A DNA stretch of 61,704 nucleotides, the filler included. It is 7 parts of 7 records of this genome, joined end to end, with 100 filler letters (N's around TTAATTAATTAA, not from the genome) between each part and the next. Parts side by side here need not be neighbours in the genome. Positions count along the whole stretch, not along the records: positions 18,464 to 26,766 come from SRR31156797_20433; positions 26,867 to 38,275 come from SRR31156797_20467; 5 more parts are not named here. One strand, given 5' to 3'. The notes below the pieces were generated by a model that saw nothing but the letters and a program-made list of their open reading frames with translations, did not search any database and was not told where the DNA came from. Position 1 is the first letter of the stretch. Each line of letters begins with the position of its first letter. Below, piece by piece: positions 20,257-30,399 of the stretch. A program made the translations under genes and the position numbers.

Positions 20257-23200
20257 ATGTTCGACCTAGTTCAAAAAAAGATCGCAGTGAAACTTGCCGG
20301 CATCATTGTTCTGGTCGTCACCCTTGTGAGCACCATCTCCGTCGTCTATTTCAACAGGACCAACAGCGCTCTTCTGATGGAAGACCTGGAAAAAGAGATC
20401 GCCAATGCCGTCAAACTCTCTGAAATGGTCTATTCCCAGTCCCTGTGGAATTTCGACGACAATGAAGTGAGCCGGTTGAACAATGCCCTGCTCAAAAACG
20501 ACATCGTCGTGGCAATCAATGTCTACAACATGGCCGGCCTTGTCAGGGCACACCGGAAGGACGGCCTGAACGCCATACAGTTAACCGCTCCCTTTGAACT
20601 CTCCGAAGAGAATCCCCTCCACAGAATGGTCACAAGCAAAATCAAACGGAACGATGAGCTTCTTGGCAATTTCGAGCTGTTTTACACCGAGGAGTTCATT
20701 GCCGCGGCCAACAAAGAGGCGAGCGTCAGGATGATCGTCTCCTTTGGCATCATCGCGGCCCTGATCACCGTGGTGGTCTTTTTCGTGCTGGACCGCCTCG
20801 CCATCCAGCCGGTGCTGACCCTGGCTAAACACTCCCGGACCATCGCCGAAACCAGTGACTACTCCGTAAAAATTGAGAAGCAGGATAGAAAGGATGAGGT
20901 CGGCACCCTGGTGAACGGCTTCATCAACATGCTCAAACAGATCAACACCAAGGACCGGGAACGGCAGGAGCTCTACACCACCCTCAAGGAGAGTGAAAAA
21001 AAATTTCGTTCCATCTTTGCCAAACTCCAGAAAGCCATCGACACGGATGACTACTCCCTGAGGATCACCCCTGAATCCAGGGATGACGACCTTGCCAACT
21101 CCCTGAACAAAATGATCCGGAGCCTGGAGGTGGCCGACATTGAATCCACCCGGCAGAACTGGCTCAAAACCGGACAGAACGAGCTGAACAGCATCATTGC
21201 CGGAGAACAGAACATCGAACGCCTCTGCCTCAAGGCGATCACCTATATTGCCGACTATCTGGGCGCCCAGGTGGGAACCTTTTTTGTGGAGGAGAAAAAA
21301 GACCTCTTCAAGCTGGTGGCAACCTATGCCTTTACCACGAGAAAGGGGATCGCCAACAAATTTGCCCCGGGTGAAGGACTGGCGGGCCAGGCAGCCCTTG
21401 AGAAAAAAAGAATTGTCTTCACCCAGGTGCCGGAATCCTACATCAAGATCAGCTCCTCCCTCGGCAATGCCCAGCCGACCAGCATCCTTGTCCTCCCCCT
21501 GGTATACGAAGACAGCGTCAAGGGGGTCATGGAGCTGGGGTCGATATCGGAATTCACGGACGATCAGCTCGCTTTTGTCGAAATGGCGGCAAGCACCCTC
21601 GGCGTCGCCATCAATACGGCCCTGTTCAACGAACAGCTTGCCGCCCTCCTGGACAGGACCCAGGAGCAGGCAGAGGAGTTGAGGGTCCAGCAGGAGGAAC
21701 TCAAGACAGCGAACCAGGAGCTGGAAGAACAGACAGAGAGCCTGAAGAAGTCGGAAGCCAAGCTTCAGCTCCAGCAGGAGGAACTCCAGGCAAGCAACGA
21801 GGAGCTGGAGGAAAAGACCGAGATGCTCGAGAGCCAGAAGGAGGAGATCGAGAAAAAGAACCGCATCCTCAAGGTCCAGCAGAAGGAGGTGGAAGAAAAG
21901 GCCGAGCAGCTTGAGATCGCCACCCGGTACAAATCGGAATTTCTGGCCAACATGTCCCATGAACTCAGGACCCCCCTTAACAGCCTGCTGATCCTCGCCA
22001 ATATGCTGGCCGAGAACCAGGAGAACAACCTCACCGAGGATCAGGTGGAATCGGCGGCATCGATTCACAGAAGCGGCCAGAACCTTCTCCACCTGATCAA
22101 CGACATCCTCGACCTCTCCAAGATCGAGGCCCGGAAGATCGAACTGAGCATTTCCGGCATCACCATGGAGAGCCTCTTATCCAACGTCAGAAGCGAATTC
22201 ATGCACGTGGCCAGAAAAAAGAACCTCGAGTTCACCACCCGTGTGATGGAGAACGTTCCAAACGCCATCACCACGGATGTTCACCGGCTGGAACAGATCC
22301 TGAGGAACCTGGTGGGCAATGCAATGAAGTTCACGAAACAGGGGTCGGTATCCCTTACGGTTTCAAGGCCTTCCCCCGGGATTTCCCTGACCCGGAAGGA
22401 GCTCGATCCCGACAGGACCATCGCCATTGCCATCGAGGATACGGGGCTGGGCATCTCCAGGGAAAAACTCGGGATCATCTTCGAGGCCTTTAAGCAGGTG
22501 GACGGCTCCATCAGCAGGCGCCACGGCGGCACCGGCCTTGGGCTCTCCATCTCCCGGGAGCTTGCCCTGCTTCTGGGGGGAGAAATCCAGGTGGAAAGCC
22601 AGCCCGGCAAGGGTACGGTCTTCACCCTCTACATCCCCGAGGTGCTCTCCCTTCCCGCCCCGGAAAAGAAGCCTGTTTCCGAACCCGTCCCCAAAACTGT
22701 TCCAACCCCTGTCCCGGCGCCTGAACCCTTGCCGCCCCGGCAGGCGGAGCCCCCAGGGCCGGAACCGGCCCCCGAAGATGCGCCGGCGGCCGATGTCCCC
22801 CCGGGTAAAAGGACCATCCTCATCATCGAAGATGACACGGAATTTGCCGGGATCCTCGCCAAGTTCTTCAAGCAGAACGGATACGACGCCATTGTGGCGG
22901 AGAACGGGGAAATCGGGATCAAACAGGCCATCGAACACAGGCCGACAGCCATCACCCTGGACATCGGCCTACCCGGCATCGACGGCTGGACAGTCCTGCA
23001 CGAACTGAAACACAACCCGGCAACCCGGCACATCCCGGTTCACATCATGTCCGCCTTTGACAATACCCGCCAGGGCCTGGAAAAAGGCGCCGTGGGCTAC
23101 CTGACAAAACCCATCAGCCAGGACGACCTGAAACAGGCCCTGGGCCGGATCGAAGGGATCCTTGCCAGCGATGTGAAGGAGCTTCTGGTGGTGGAGGATA

Positions 23201-23979
23201 ACACGGAACTCCGGAAGAGCATCCTCAAGCTGTTGACCACCCACGACATCAACGCCGTTGCCGTGGGCACCGGCAAGGAGGCCATCGGGCTGTTGAAAGA
23301 GAAACGGTTCGACTGCATGATCCTGGACCTTGGGCTTCCGGACATCTCGGGGTTTGAACTCCTGGACAGGATCAACAGTGACCATCGCCTGGAAACCACG
23401 CCGGTCATCATCTACACGGGACGGGAGCTGAGCGAGGAGGAGAATGAAAAGCTGGAACGCTATGCCTCAAGCATCGTCGTGAAAAGCGCCGTTTCCATGG
23501 AGCGGCTCCTTGACGAAACCGCCCTGTTCATGCACCGGGTAGAGAGCGACATGCCGGAACAGCACCAGAAGATGATTCAGAAGGTTCGGGACAAGGGCGG
23601 CGAAATCCTGCCCGGCAAACGGGTGCTCCTGGTGGATGACGACATGCGCAACGCCTTTGCCCTGAACAAATTTCTCAAATCCCGGGGCATGAAGGTCACC
23701 ATTGCCAACAACGGACAAAAGGCCCTGGAAATCCTGGACAAGGGGGAAAAGGTGGATATTGTCCTCATGGACATCATGATGCCGGTAATGGACGGCTATG
23801 AAACCATGAAACGGATCCGGAAGCAGGAGAAGTTCAAGTCCCTTCCCATCCTCGCCCTGACGGCAAAGGCCATGGAGACCGACCGTGAGGAATGCATCCG
23901 GTGCGGGGCCAACGACTACCTGTCCAAGCCGGTGGACACAAACAAATTGGTAACCATGCTCAGGGTATGGCTATACTGA
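20257..23979 (+). CDS. Membrane hybrid histidine kinase: TM-periplasmic-TM-HAMP-GAF-coiled coil-HisKA-HATPase-3xREC
   Basis: Two TM helices, DEVGTL HAMP, GEGLAGQAA GAF, SHELRTPLN H-box, GGTGLGL, three receiver domains; start at MFDL 20257. Confidence 0.94.
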   Translation: MFDLVQKKIAVKLAGIIVLVVTLVSTISVVYFNRTNSALLMEDLEKEIANAVKLSEMVYSQSLWNFDDNEVSRLNNALLKNDIVVAINVYNMAGLVRAHRKDGLNAIQLTAPFELSEENPLHRMVTSKIKRNDELLGNFELFYTEEFIAAANKEASVRMIVSFGIIAALITVVVFFVLDRLAIQPVLTLAKHSRTIAETSDYSVKIEKQDRKDEVGTLVNGFINMLKQINTKDRERQELYTTLKESEKKFRSIFAKLQKAIDTDDYSLRITPESRDDDLANSLNKMIRSLEVADIESTRQNWLKTGQNELNSIIAGEQNIERLCLKAITYIADYLGAQVGTFFVEEKKDLFKLVATYAFTTRKGIANKFAPGEGLAGQAALEKKRIVFTQVPESYIKISSSLGNAQPTSILVLPLVYEDSVKGVMELGSISEFTDDQLAFVEMAASTLGVAINTALFNEQLAALLDRTQEQAEELRVQQEELKTANQELEEQTESLKKSEAKLQLQQEELQASNEELEEKTEMLESQKEEIEKKNRILKVQQKEVEEKAEQLEIATRYKSEFLANMSHELRTPLNSLLILANMLAENQENNLTEDQVESAASIHRSGQNLLHLINDILDLSKIEARKIELSISGITMESLLSNVRSEFMHVARKKNLEFTTRVMENVPNAITTDVHRLEQILRNLVGNAMKFTKQGSVSLTVSRPSPGISLTRKELDPDRTIAIAIEDTGLGISREKLGIIFEAFKQVDGSISRRHGGTGLGLSISRELALLLGGEIQVESQPGKGTVFTLYIPEVLSLPAPEKKPVSEPVPKTVPTPVPAPEPLPPRQAEPPGPEPAPEDAPAADVPPGKRTILIIEDDTEFAGILAKFFKQNGYDAIVAENGEIGIKQAIEHRPTAITLDIGLPGIDGWTVLHELKHNPATRHIPVHIMSAFDNTRQGLEKGAVGYLTKPISQDDLKQALGRIEGILASDVKELLVVEDNTELRKSILKLLTTHDINAVAVGTGKEAIGLLKEKRFDCMILDLGLPDISGFELLDRINSDHRLETTPVIIYTGRELSEEENEKLERYASSIVVKSAVSMERLLDETALFMHRVESDMPEQHQKMIQKVRDKGGEILPGKRVLLVDDDMRNAFALNKFLKSRGMKVTIANNGQKALEILDKGEKVDIVLMDIMMPVMDGYETMKRIRKQEKFKSLPILALTAKAMETDREECIRCGANDYLSKPVDTNKLVTMLRVWLY

Positions 23980-23995
23980 TGAACACAGGTCGAAC

Positions 23996-24844
23996 ATGAT
24001 GAACAACGAAGAGATCGAGATACAAGTCCTGCTGAATGCGATCCAGCTGAAATACGGGTATGACTTTTCCCAGTATGCCAATGCGTCCCTGGTCCGGCGA
24101 ATCCACAAGAGCCTTGCCGACAGCGGTTACAAGCGGATATCGGAGATGATTCCCCCCATCATCCACGACAAGGATTTTTTCAACACTTTTCTCAACAACC
24201 TTACGGTCAATGTCACCGAGATGTTCCGGGATCCCCCTTTTTTCCGGGCCATACGGCAAAGGGTGATCCCCTACCTCAAGACCTTTCCCTTCATAAAGGT
24301 GTGGTCCGTGGGGGTTGCCACCGGCGAAGAGGTCTATTCCCTTGCCATCCTGCTCAAGGAAGAGGGCCTCTATGACAAGGCCCTGATCTATGCCACGGAC
24401 TTCAACGACACCGTCCTTGAAATCGCCCAGAAGGGAATCTATCCGGCCCAGTCCGTCAAGACCAGCACCCGGAACTACCAGAAATCCGGCGGAAAGCACT
24501 CCTTTGCGACCTACTATCACGCCGACTACGATTCGGTGATCTTTGACAGGGCCCTCAAGAAAAACATCGTGTTTGCAAACCACAATCTGGCAACCGACGG
24601 CGTGTTTGGAGAGATGAACCTGATTCTGTGCCGGAATGTGCTCATCTACTTTAACAGGGAACTCCAGGACCGGGTCCTTAATCTCTTCCACGATAGCCTT
24701 CGAACCAACGGCTTTTTATGCTTGGGAAGCAGGGAGACCATCGATTTTTCCACGGTTGCCGGCGCCTTTGTTCCCGTGAAAAAAAGACTTCGGATCTTCC
24801 AGAAAAAGATGGGCCAGGCCCAGGAGACAAACGATGAAGATTGA
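23996..24844 (+). CDS. cheR: CheR-type protein-glutamate methyltransferase
   Basis: TVNVTEMFRDP, VWSVGVATGEEVYS, LILCRNVLIYF. Confidence 0.95.
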   Translation: MMNNEEIEIQVLLNAIQLKYGYDFSQYANASLVRRIHKSLADSGYKRISEMIPPIIHDKDFFNTFLNNLTVNVTEMFRDPPFFRAIRQRVIPYLKTFPFIKVWSVGVATGEEVYSLAILLKEEGLYDKALIYATDFNDTVLEIAQKGIYPAQSVKTSTRNYQKSGGKHSFATYYHADYDSVIFDRALKKNIVFANHNLATDGVFGEMNLILCRNVLIYFNRELQDRVLNLFHDSLRTNGFLCLGSRETIDFSTVAGAFVPVKKRLRIFQKKMGQAQETNDED

Positions 24845-25424
24845 TTTCAACGCCGTTGTAATCGGGGTTTCCGCGGGAGGGTTCCAGGCCCTTCACACCA
24901 TCCTCCCCCTCCTGCCCAAGGATTTTCCAGCCCCTGTGATCGTTGTTCAGCACAGGATGGCCGGGGAGGACGACTTTTTCATCGATTCCCTGAACAGCAA
25001 ATCCCTTATCAAGGTCAAGGAGGCCGAAGAACGGGAGAAGATACGCCCGGGGACCGCCTACATCGCCCCCGGCGGGTACCATCTGCTCATTGAAAAGGAC
25101 CACACCTTCAGCCTTTCCGTGGACGAGCCGGTCTGCTATGCAAGGCCCTCCATCGATGTCCTGTTTGAAACCGCCGCCCGGGTCTGGGCCTCACGCCTGG
25201 TGGGAATCATCCTGACCGGAGCCAACAGCGACGGCAGCAACGGCATCAAAACCATCAAACAGGGAAACGGGCTCACCATCGCCCAGGATCCGGAAACGGC
25301 CGAGGTGAATCTCATGCCCCTGGCCGCCATCGCAACCCGTTGTGTTGATTTTATTCTACCCCTTGAAGATATTCCCCCGTTCCTGACAAACCTTGTGGAG
25401 GATACCCATGAAAACGCCCGATAA
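24834..25424 (+). CDS. cheB: CheB methylesterase, catalytic domain only (no receiver)
   Basis: GVSAGG, VVQH, RPSIDVLF, LTGANSDG. Confidence 0.95.
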   Translation: MKIDFNAVVIGVSAGGFQALHTILPLLPKDFPAPVIVVQHRMAGEDDFFIDSLNSKSLIKVKEAEEREKIRPGTAYIAPGGYHLLIEKDHTFSLSVDEPVCYARPSIDVLFETAARVWASRLVGIILTGANSDGSNGIKTIKQGNGLTIAQDPETAEVNLMPLAAIATRCVDFILPLEDIPPFLTNLVEDTHENAR

Positions 25425-26766
25425 CAGACCGACAATACTCATGGTGGACGACACCCCGGAAAACCTTCTTGCCCTGAAGCAGTTGACCAGGAAACTGGAT
25501 GTCAACGTCATCACTGCGACCTCGGGCAATGAGGCCCTGAACCTGACCCTCCACCACGACTTTTCCCTGATTCTCCTGGATGTGATCATGCCCGAAATGA
25601 GCGGATATGAAGTTGCCGAACTTCTCCAGAAGAATGAGAGAACCGCCTCCATTCCCATCATCTTCATCTCGGCCATGGACAAGAGCGATATCATGGAAAT
25701 CAAGGGATACAGCATGGGAGCCGTGGATTTCATCTTTAAACCCATCAACGAAACCGTGCTGACCAGCAAGATAAAGGTCCACCTGGAGCTTTACCAAATG
25801 AGACGCACTGTCGAGACAATGATGCATAAACAGAAAACAGAAAAACCCAAAATTCTCACCGTGGATGACCACCCGGAAAATCTCTTTGTCCTGGACAAGC
25901 TGCTGAAAAAGCTTGATGCCGACATCATCCAGGCAAACAGCGGAAACGAGGCCCTTGCAAAGGTGCTGGACCATGACTTTGCCCTGATCATCCTGGATGT
26001 CCAGATGCCGGAAATGGATGGTTACGAAGTGGCCGAGATCCTGAAGTACGATGACAGGACGGAAAAGATTCCCATCATCTTTGTCACGGCCATTGACCGG
26101 GATGACGCAAAGGAGATCAAGGGATATCACAAGGGAGCGGTGGACTTCATCTTCAAGCCCCTGAACGAATTCATTCTCCTGAGCAAGGTCAAGGTCTTTC
26201 TTGAACTGTACAAGATAAAACACGGGCTTGAACGTCTTGTGGCCGAACGAACCCACGAGCTGAAAAAAAACAACGAACAACTCAAGGCCCAGATCACCAA
26301 AAACGTCCTGGCCAAAGAGGAGCTTGCGGAATCCAGGACCTATCTCATGGATGTCATCAACGCCATCTCCTCCTCCCTGATCAGCGTGGATGCCGGGGGA
26401 AATGTCCTTGATATGAACAAGGCTGCGGAAAAACTCACAAGGATCCTTGCGGACGATGCCCGGGGAAAGCCCATCGGAGAACTCCTGCCATGGTTCGACT
26501 GGCTGACCCGGGAAGCGGTTCTGGCCATCGAGACAGGAACCCCCCTTGAAAAAACCCGGGTCGCCGTATCCATTGACGACAAACACCATGTGAACGATCT
26601 TGTCATCTACCCCTTGAGTTCCACCAAAAACCAGGGCGCGGTGGTCAGGATCGACGACGTTACGGACAGGGCCCGGATGGACGAGATCATGATCCAGTCT
26701 GAAAAGATGCTCTCCCTGGGAGGACTTGCCGGCGGAATGGCCCATGAGATCAACAATCCCCTGGCC
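25408..26766 (+). CDS. REC-REC-PAS-histidine kinase, 3'-truncated
   Basis: Two similar receivers (VDDTPENL / VDDHPENL), a PAS domain, and LAGGMAHEINNPL at the contig end. Confidence 0.92.
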
Positions 26767-26866
26767 NNNNNNNNNNNNNNNNNNNNNNNNNNNNNNNNNN
26801 NNNNNNNNNNTTAATTAATTAANNNNNNNNNNNNNNNNNNNNNNNNNNNNNNNNNNNNNNNNNNNN
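26767..26866. other. Artificial contig spacer
   Basis: N44-TTAATTAATTAA-N44. Confidence 0.99.
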
Positions 26867-26870
26867 ATAC

Positions 26871-26908
26871 AGGGTTGCGCTGCGGTTTGCGGCGCAGCCC
26901 TTTTTTTT
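26871..26908 (+). terminator. Rho-independent terminator of an upstream gene outside the contig
   Basis: GGGTTGCGCTGC...GCGGCGCAGCCC stem followed by T8. Confidence 0.8.
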
Positions 26909-26955
26909 GTCCCGGAGGATTTGAAAACAGTTAGAAAAATAGTTTAAAAAACTGA

Positions 26956-26983
26956 TTGACATATCCATGAGCCGTGCTAAGAT
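26956..26983 (+). promoter_or_regulatory. Sigma70 promoter of the ROK gene
   Basis: TTGACA-N16-TAAGAT with extended TG; ATG only 6 nt downstream. Confidence 0.6.
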
Positions 26984-26989
26984 TTTCAT

Positions 26990-28216
26990 ATGAACAGGAG
27001 AAGAACCGTCAAACAGAACAACAGGAAGATCATCCTCGATCTGGCCCGAAAGGCGGGCGGCTTCTCCATTGCGGAGATCTCAGGGAAGAGCGGAATCAGC
27101 AAGACCACGGTGAACAAGGTTCTGGATTTCTACATCGATCAGGGCCTGGTGCTGGAGGCGGGGAAGGGCGGATCCTCCGACGAGGGCGGCAAAAGGCCGG
27201 CCTTGTTTCAGTTCAACAGGAACTACGGATACGTGGCCTCCCTTCATGTGGGCCCGGGGTTCATCAAAGGGATACTGACGAACCTGACGGGAGAGATCGT
27301 CCACTCCGTTCACATGGCCCTGCCCGAACCGCAGGTCCATGAGATCGCCGGGCAGCTGGCCCTTCTGATCCGGGAGTTCAAAGACAGAGCGGATGAAGGC
27401 TCGGTCGCCCTGATCGCGGTGGTCCTCGGCCTGCCGGGGATCGTGGATCCCGATCTGGGGATCTCCGTATATTCTCCCCATTACGATTGCTGGGGGAACG
27501 ACGTGCCCATGCTGGATATGGTGAAGGATAAGCTTGATTTTTCTGTGCCCTTCTATATGGACAACATCAATCGCTTTCAGGCCTTTGCCGAGAAGGCCAT
27601 GGGCTGCGCGGAGCATGTGAGCAATTTCCTGATCCTCGACGCCATCGAGGAGGGGGTCGGCGCGGGGGTCGTGCTGAACGGCACCCTCCGGCACGGCGTG
27701 CATAACCTGTCCGGAGAGATCGGGCATATGGTGCTGCTTCCCCGGAGCGGCGACCTCTGCATATGCGGCGGGAGGGGCTGTTTCGAGGCCATGGTCTCCC
27801 GGAAGAGGATCGAGCGTCTGGCGGACGAGGGGCGCGGCAGGTTTCCCGGTTCCGCCGTATTCGCCGGGGCCGGGGGCTTCGAGCTGGACCATCTGTTCAA
27901 GGCCGCCAGGGAACGGGATCCCCTGGCCCGGGAGATCCTGGAGGATGTCGCCTCGTGGTTCGCCCTGGGACTGAACAACATCATCATGGTGAACGATCCC
28001 CATCTGGTGGTTATACAGGGGATCTATACGGATGCGGGCGACTGGTTCCTGGAGCGGATCAAGGAGGAGATCAGCCGTCTCTCCTATCCGGACATAGACC
28101 GCAGGCTGGACATCGTCTACTCCGAACTGGGCCCCGACCGGGGCGTGCTGGGCGGAGCGGCCTATGCGATCTGGGATTTCTTCGAAACCACCGATATATA
28201 CGGGCGGGTTTCCTGA
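26990..28216 (+). CDS. ROK-family transcriptional repressor (NagC/XylR-like)
   Basis: N-terminal HTH, GGKRP, GEIGHM...CICGGRGCFE zinc motif. Confidence 0.94.
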   Translation: MNRRRTVKQNNRKIILDLARKAGGFSIAEISGKSGISKTTVNKVLDFYIDQGLVLEAGKGGSSDEGGKRPALFQFNRNYGYVASLHVGPGFIKGILTNLTGEIVHSVHMALPEPQVHEIAGQLALLIREFKDRADEGSVALIAVVLGLPGIVDPDLGISVYSPHYDCWGNDVPMLDMVKDKLDFSVPFYMDNINRFQAFAEKAMGCAEHVSNFLILDAIEEGVGAGVVLNGTLRHGVHNLSGEIGHMVLLPRSGDLCICGGRGCFEAMVSRKRIERLADEGRGRFPGSAVFAGAGGFELDHLFKAARERDPLAREILEDVASWFALGLNNIIMVNDPHLVVIQGIYTDAGDWFLERIKEEISRLSYPDIDRRLDIVYSELGPDRGVLGGAAYAIWDFFETTDIYGRVS

Positions 28217-28267
28217 CAAAAGGTGAATCGCTATGCGCAGGCATAGTCAATATACAGGAGGAAAATT

Positions 28268-29320
28268 ATGAAGTGTAGGTTTTTCGCATTGGCAATGGCA
28301 GGACTGATGGCTCTATCGACAGGTCTGTTCGCCGCGGGGCAGCAGGAGGGCGGTTCGGGCGAAGCGACCCTGGGCACGGCTATCAGAACGCTCCAGAATC
28401 CCTATCAGGCGAATTACAAGGTTGGAGGAGACCTGTATGCCGCCGAGGCCGGCGGACTGGAGCATGTGGTTCTGACCTGCGAAGGAAGCAGTGAGAAGCA
28501 GCTGAACGATATCAAGGCCCTGGTCGCCAAGACCGGCGGGGATATGGTCCTTATGGTAGATCCCAACGAGGCGCCCAACGTCGTCCCCATCGGACGGGCC
28601 ATGGAGGACGCCGGCGTATACTGGGTTTCCTGGTGGAACAAGCCCGAGGAGGTAAAGGTGATGGACTACCCCCACTGGGTGGCGCATATCTCCTATGACG
28701 GACTCGGGGGCGGTGAGTTTACCGCTCAGGCTCTCGTAGACGCCATCGGCGGCGAAGGAAAGATCATCGCCCTGCAGGGAATGCTGGCCAACTCGGTCGC
28801 CCAGGACCGTTTTCAGGGTCTTCAGAATGTACTGGCCAAGAATCCCAAGGTCGAACTGGTCGCCTATGAGGCCGCCGACTGGGACAGATCCATCGCCTAT
28901 GACAAGACCATGAGCATGCTGGTGGCCAATCCCGATATCAAGGGCGTCTGGGCCGCCAACGACAATATGGCTCTGGGCGCTCTGGAAGCCCTGAGAAGCA
29001 AGGGCCTGGCCGGTAAGGTTCTGGTGACCGGACTGGACGGCGTGGAAGAGATCTTCACGGCCATCGAGAACGGCGAAGCCGCCGCGACCGTATACAACGA
29101 TTCCAAGTACCAGGCCGGTATCGCCCACGCCCTCGCCATGGCTGCCTACAAGGGCGATCTGGATGTGAAATCCCTCCCCGCTGAGAAGAGACAGTTCTTT
29201 GCCGAGGCCGTTAACGTAGACGCGTCAAACGTCAAAGAGGTGGTGGACGTCTATGTCAACGGAACGCCCGACTACGATTTCGGTGATCTGTTCGGATCCT
29301 GGGCCCGGGCCATGAAGTAG
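28268..29320 (+). CDS. Monosaccharide ABC transporter solute-binding protein (RbsB-like)
   Basis: Signal LFAAGQQE; ADWDR, WAANDNMALGA, VTGLDG. Confidence 0.93.
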   Translation: MKCRFFALAMAGLMALSTGLFAAGQQEGGSGEATLGTAIRTLQNPYQANYKVGGDLYAAEAGGLEHVVLTCEGSSEKQLNDIKALVAKTGGDMVLMVDPNEAPNVVPIGRAMEDAGVYWVSWWNKPEEVKVMDYPHWVAHISYDGLGGGEFTAQALVDAIGGEGKIIALQGMLANSVAQDRFQGLQNVLAKNPKVELVAYEAADWDRSIAYDKTMSMLVANPDIKGVWAANDNMALGALEALRSKGLAGKVLVTGLDGVEEIFTAIENGEAAATVYNDSKYQAGIAHALAMAAYKGDLDVKSLPAEKRQFFAEAVNVDASNVKEVVDVYVNGTPDYDFGDLFGSWARAMK

Positions 29321-29378
29321 GATTCTCCACAGGAGGGGGATCATCTCTCCCTCCTCATCCATTAAAAAAGAGGAAAGA

Positions 29379-30386
29379 ATGGAAGTTGAAACCATGGATA
29401 AACCGAATTTGAATCTAAAGGCCCTGTTTCTCAGGTTCAGGGAGATGACGACCGTCTCGGGCCAGATTATATCGTTGCTTATCGTATTTCTGATATTCGC
29501 CGTGGGAACAGGCGGGAACTACCTGTCCCTGAACAATATCGTCACCATACTCAGCCTTTCCGGGATCCCCATGATCATATGTCTCGGATTGCATCAGGTC
29601 ATCATCATGGGAGCCATGGACCTGTCCCTTGAAGGGATCATCGCTTTCTGCGCCGTCATATGCGGACTGCTGATCAGGAATCCCGAGACAACCATGGATA
29701 TTGGAATGGGAATATTCCCCGTCGTCATCATCGTGGGCATGGTCTGCGGTTATTTCAGCGGGTTGATCAATACAAAGCTGAAGATGCCCTCGTTTATCTC
29801 CACCCTGGGCATCAGCTGGATCACCTTCGGGCTGGCGGTCATCTTCAGCGGGGGGATCTCCATCCCCCTGGAGGACGACAGGTTCCAGCACATTATGAAC
29901 GGAACGATCGCCGGATTCCCCAACATCACCCTGATCGCTCTCTTCATATTCGCGCTCATGTATGTGTTCCAGAAGAAATCCAGCCTGGGGAAGCACATGT
30001 ACGCCATCGGGGGGGATGAGATCCTGGCCCGTCAGGCCGGAGTCAATGTAGACCGGGTCAAGATCATCGTCTTCGCCCTGGGCGGGGCCATCTACGGCAT
30101 CGCGGCGCTCTTTCTCGTCGCCCGGCTGAACAGCTCGGCCGCCCGCCTGGGGAACAACCTGCTCTTCCCCGCCATGACGGCTGTGGCGGTCGGAGGCGTT
30201 TCCCTGTCCGGCGGAGTGGGGACGGCCCTGAACGCCGTTCTGGGTACCCTGATCGTAACGTCCCTCAACAACGGAATGGTGCTGATGCATATCAGTCCCT
30301 TTATGCAGAATGCGGTGAACGGGGTCGTGCTGATCACGGCGGTGGCTCTGACCATCGACCGCAAGAAGATCGGACTTATCAAGTAG
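29379..30386 (+). CDS. Monosaccharide ABC permease (RbsC-like)
   Basis: GAMDLS, YAIGGDEILARQAGV, AVAVGGVSLSGG. Confidence 0.93.
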   Translation: MEVETMDKPNLNLKALFLRFREMTTVSGQIISLLIVFLIFAVGTGGNYLSLNNIVTILSLSGIPMIICLGLHQVIIMGAMDLSLEGIIAFCAVICGLLIRNPETTMDIGMGIFPVVIIVGMVCGYFSGLINTKLKMPSFISTLGISWITFGLAVIFSGGISIPLEDDRFQHIMNGTIAGFPNITLIALFIFALMYVFQKKSSLGKHMYAIGGDEILARQAGVNVDRVKIIVFALGGAIYGIAALFLVARLNSSAARLGNNLLFPAMTAVAVGGVSLSGGVGTALNAVLGTLIVTSLNNGMVLMHISPFMQNAVNGVVLITAVALTIDRKKIGLIK

Positions 30387-30399
30387 GCGGGAGAGGATT

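Noticed and set aside
22660-22805. C-rich repetitive stretch in the hybrid kinase
   Set aside because: Ordinary Pro-rich linker between the HATPase and REC domains
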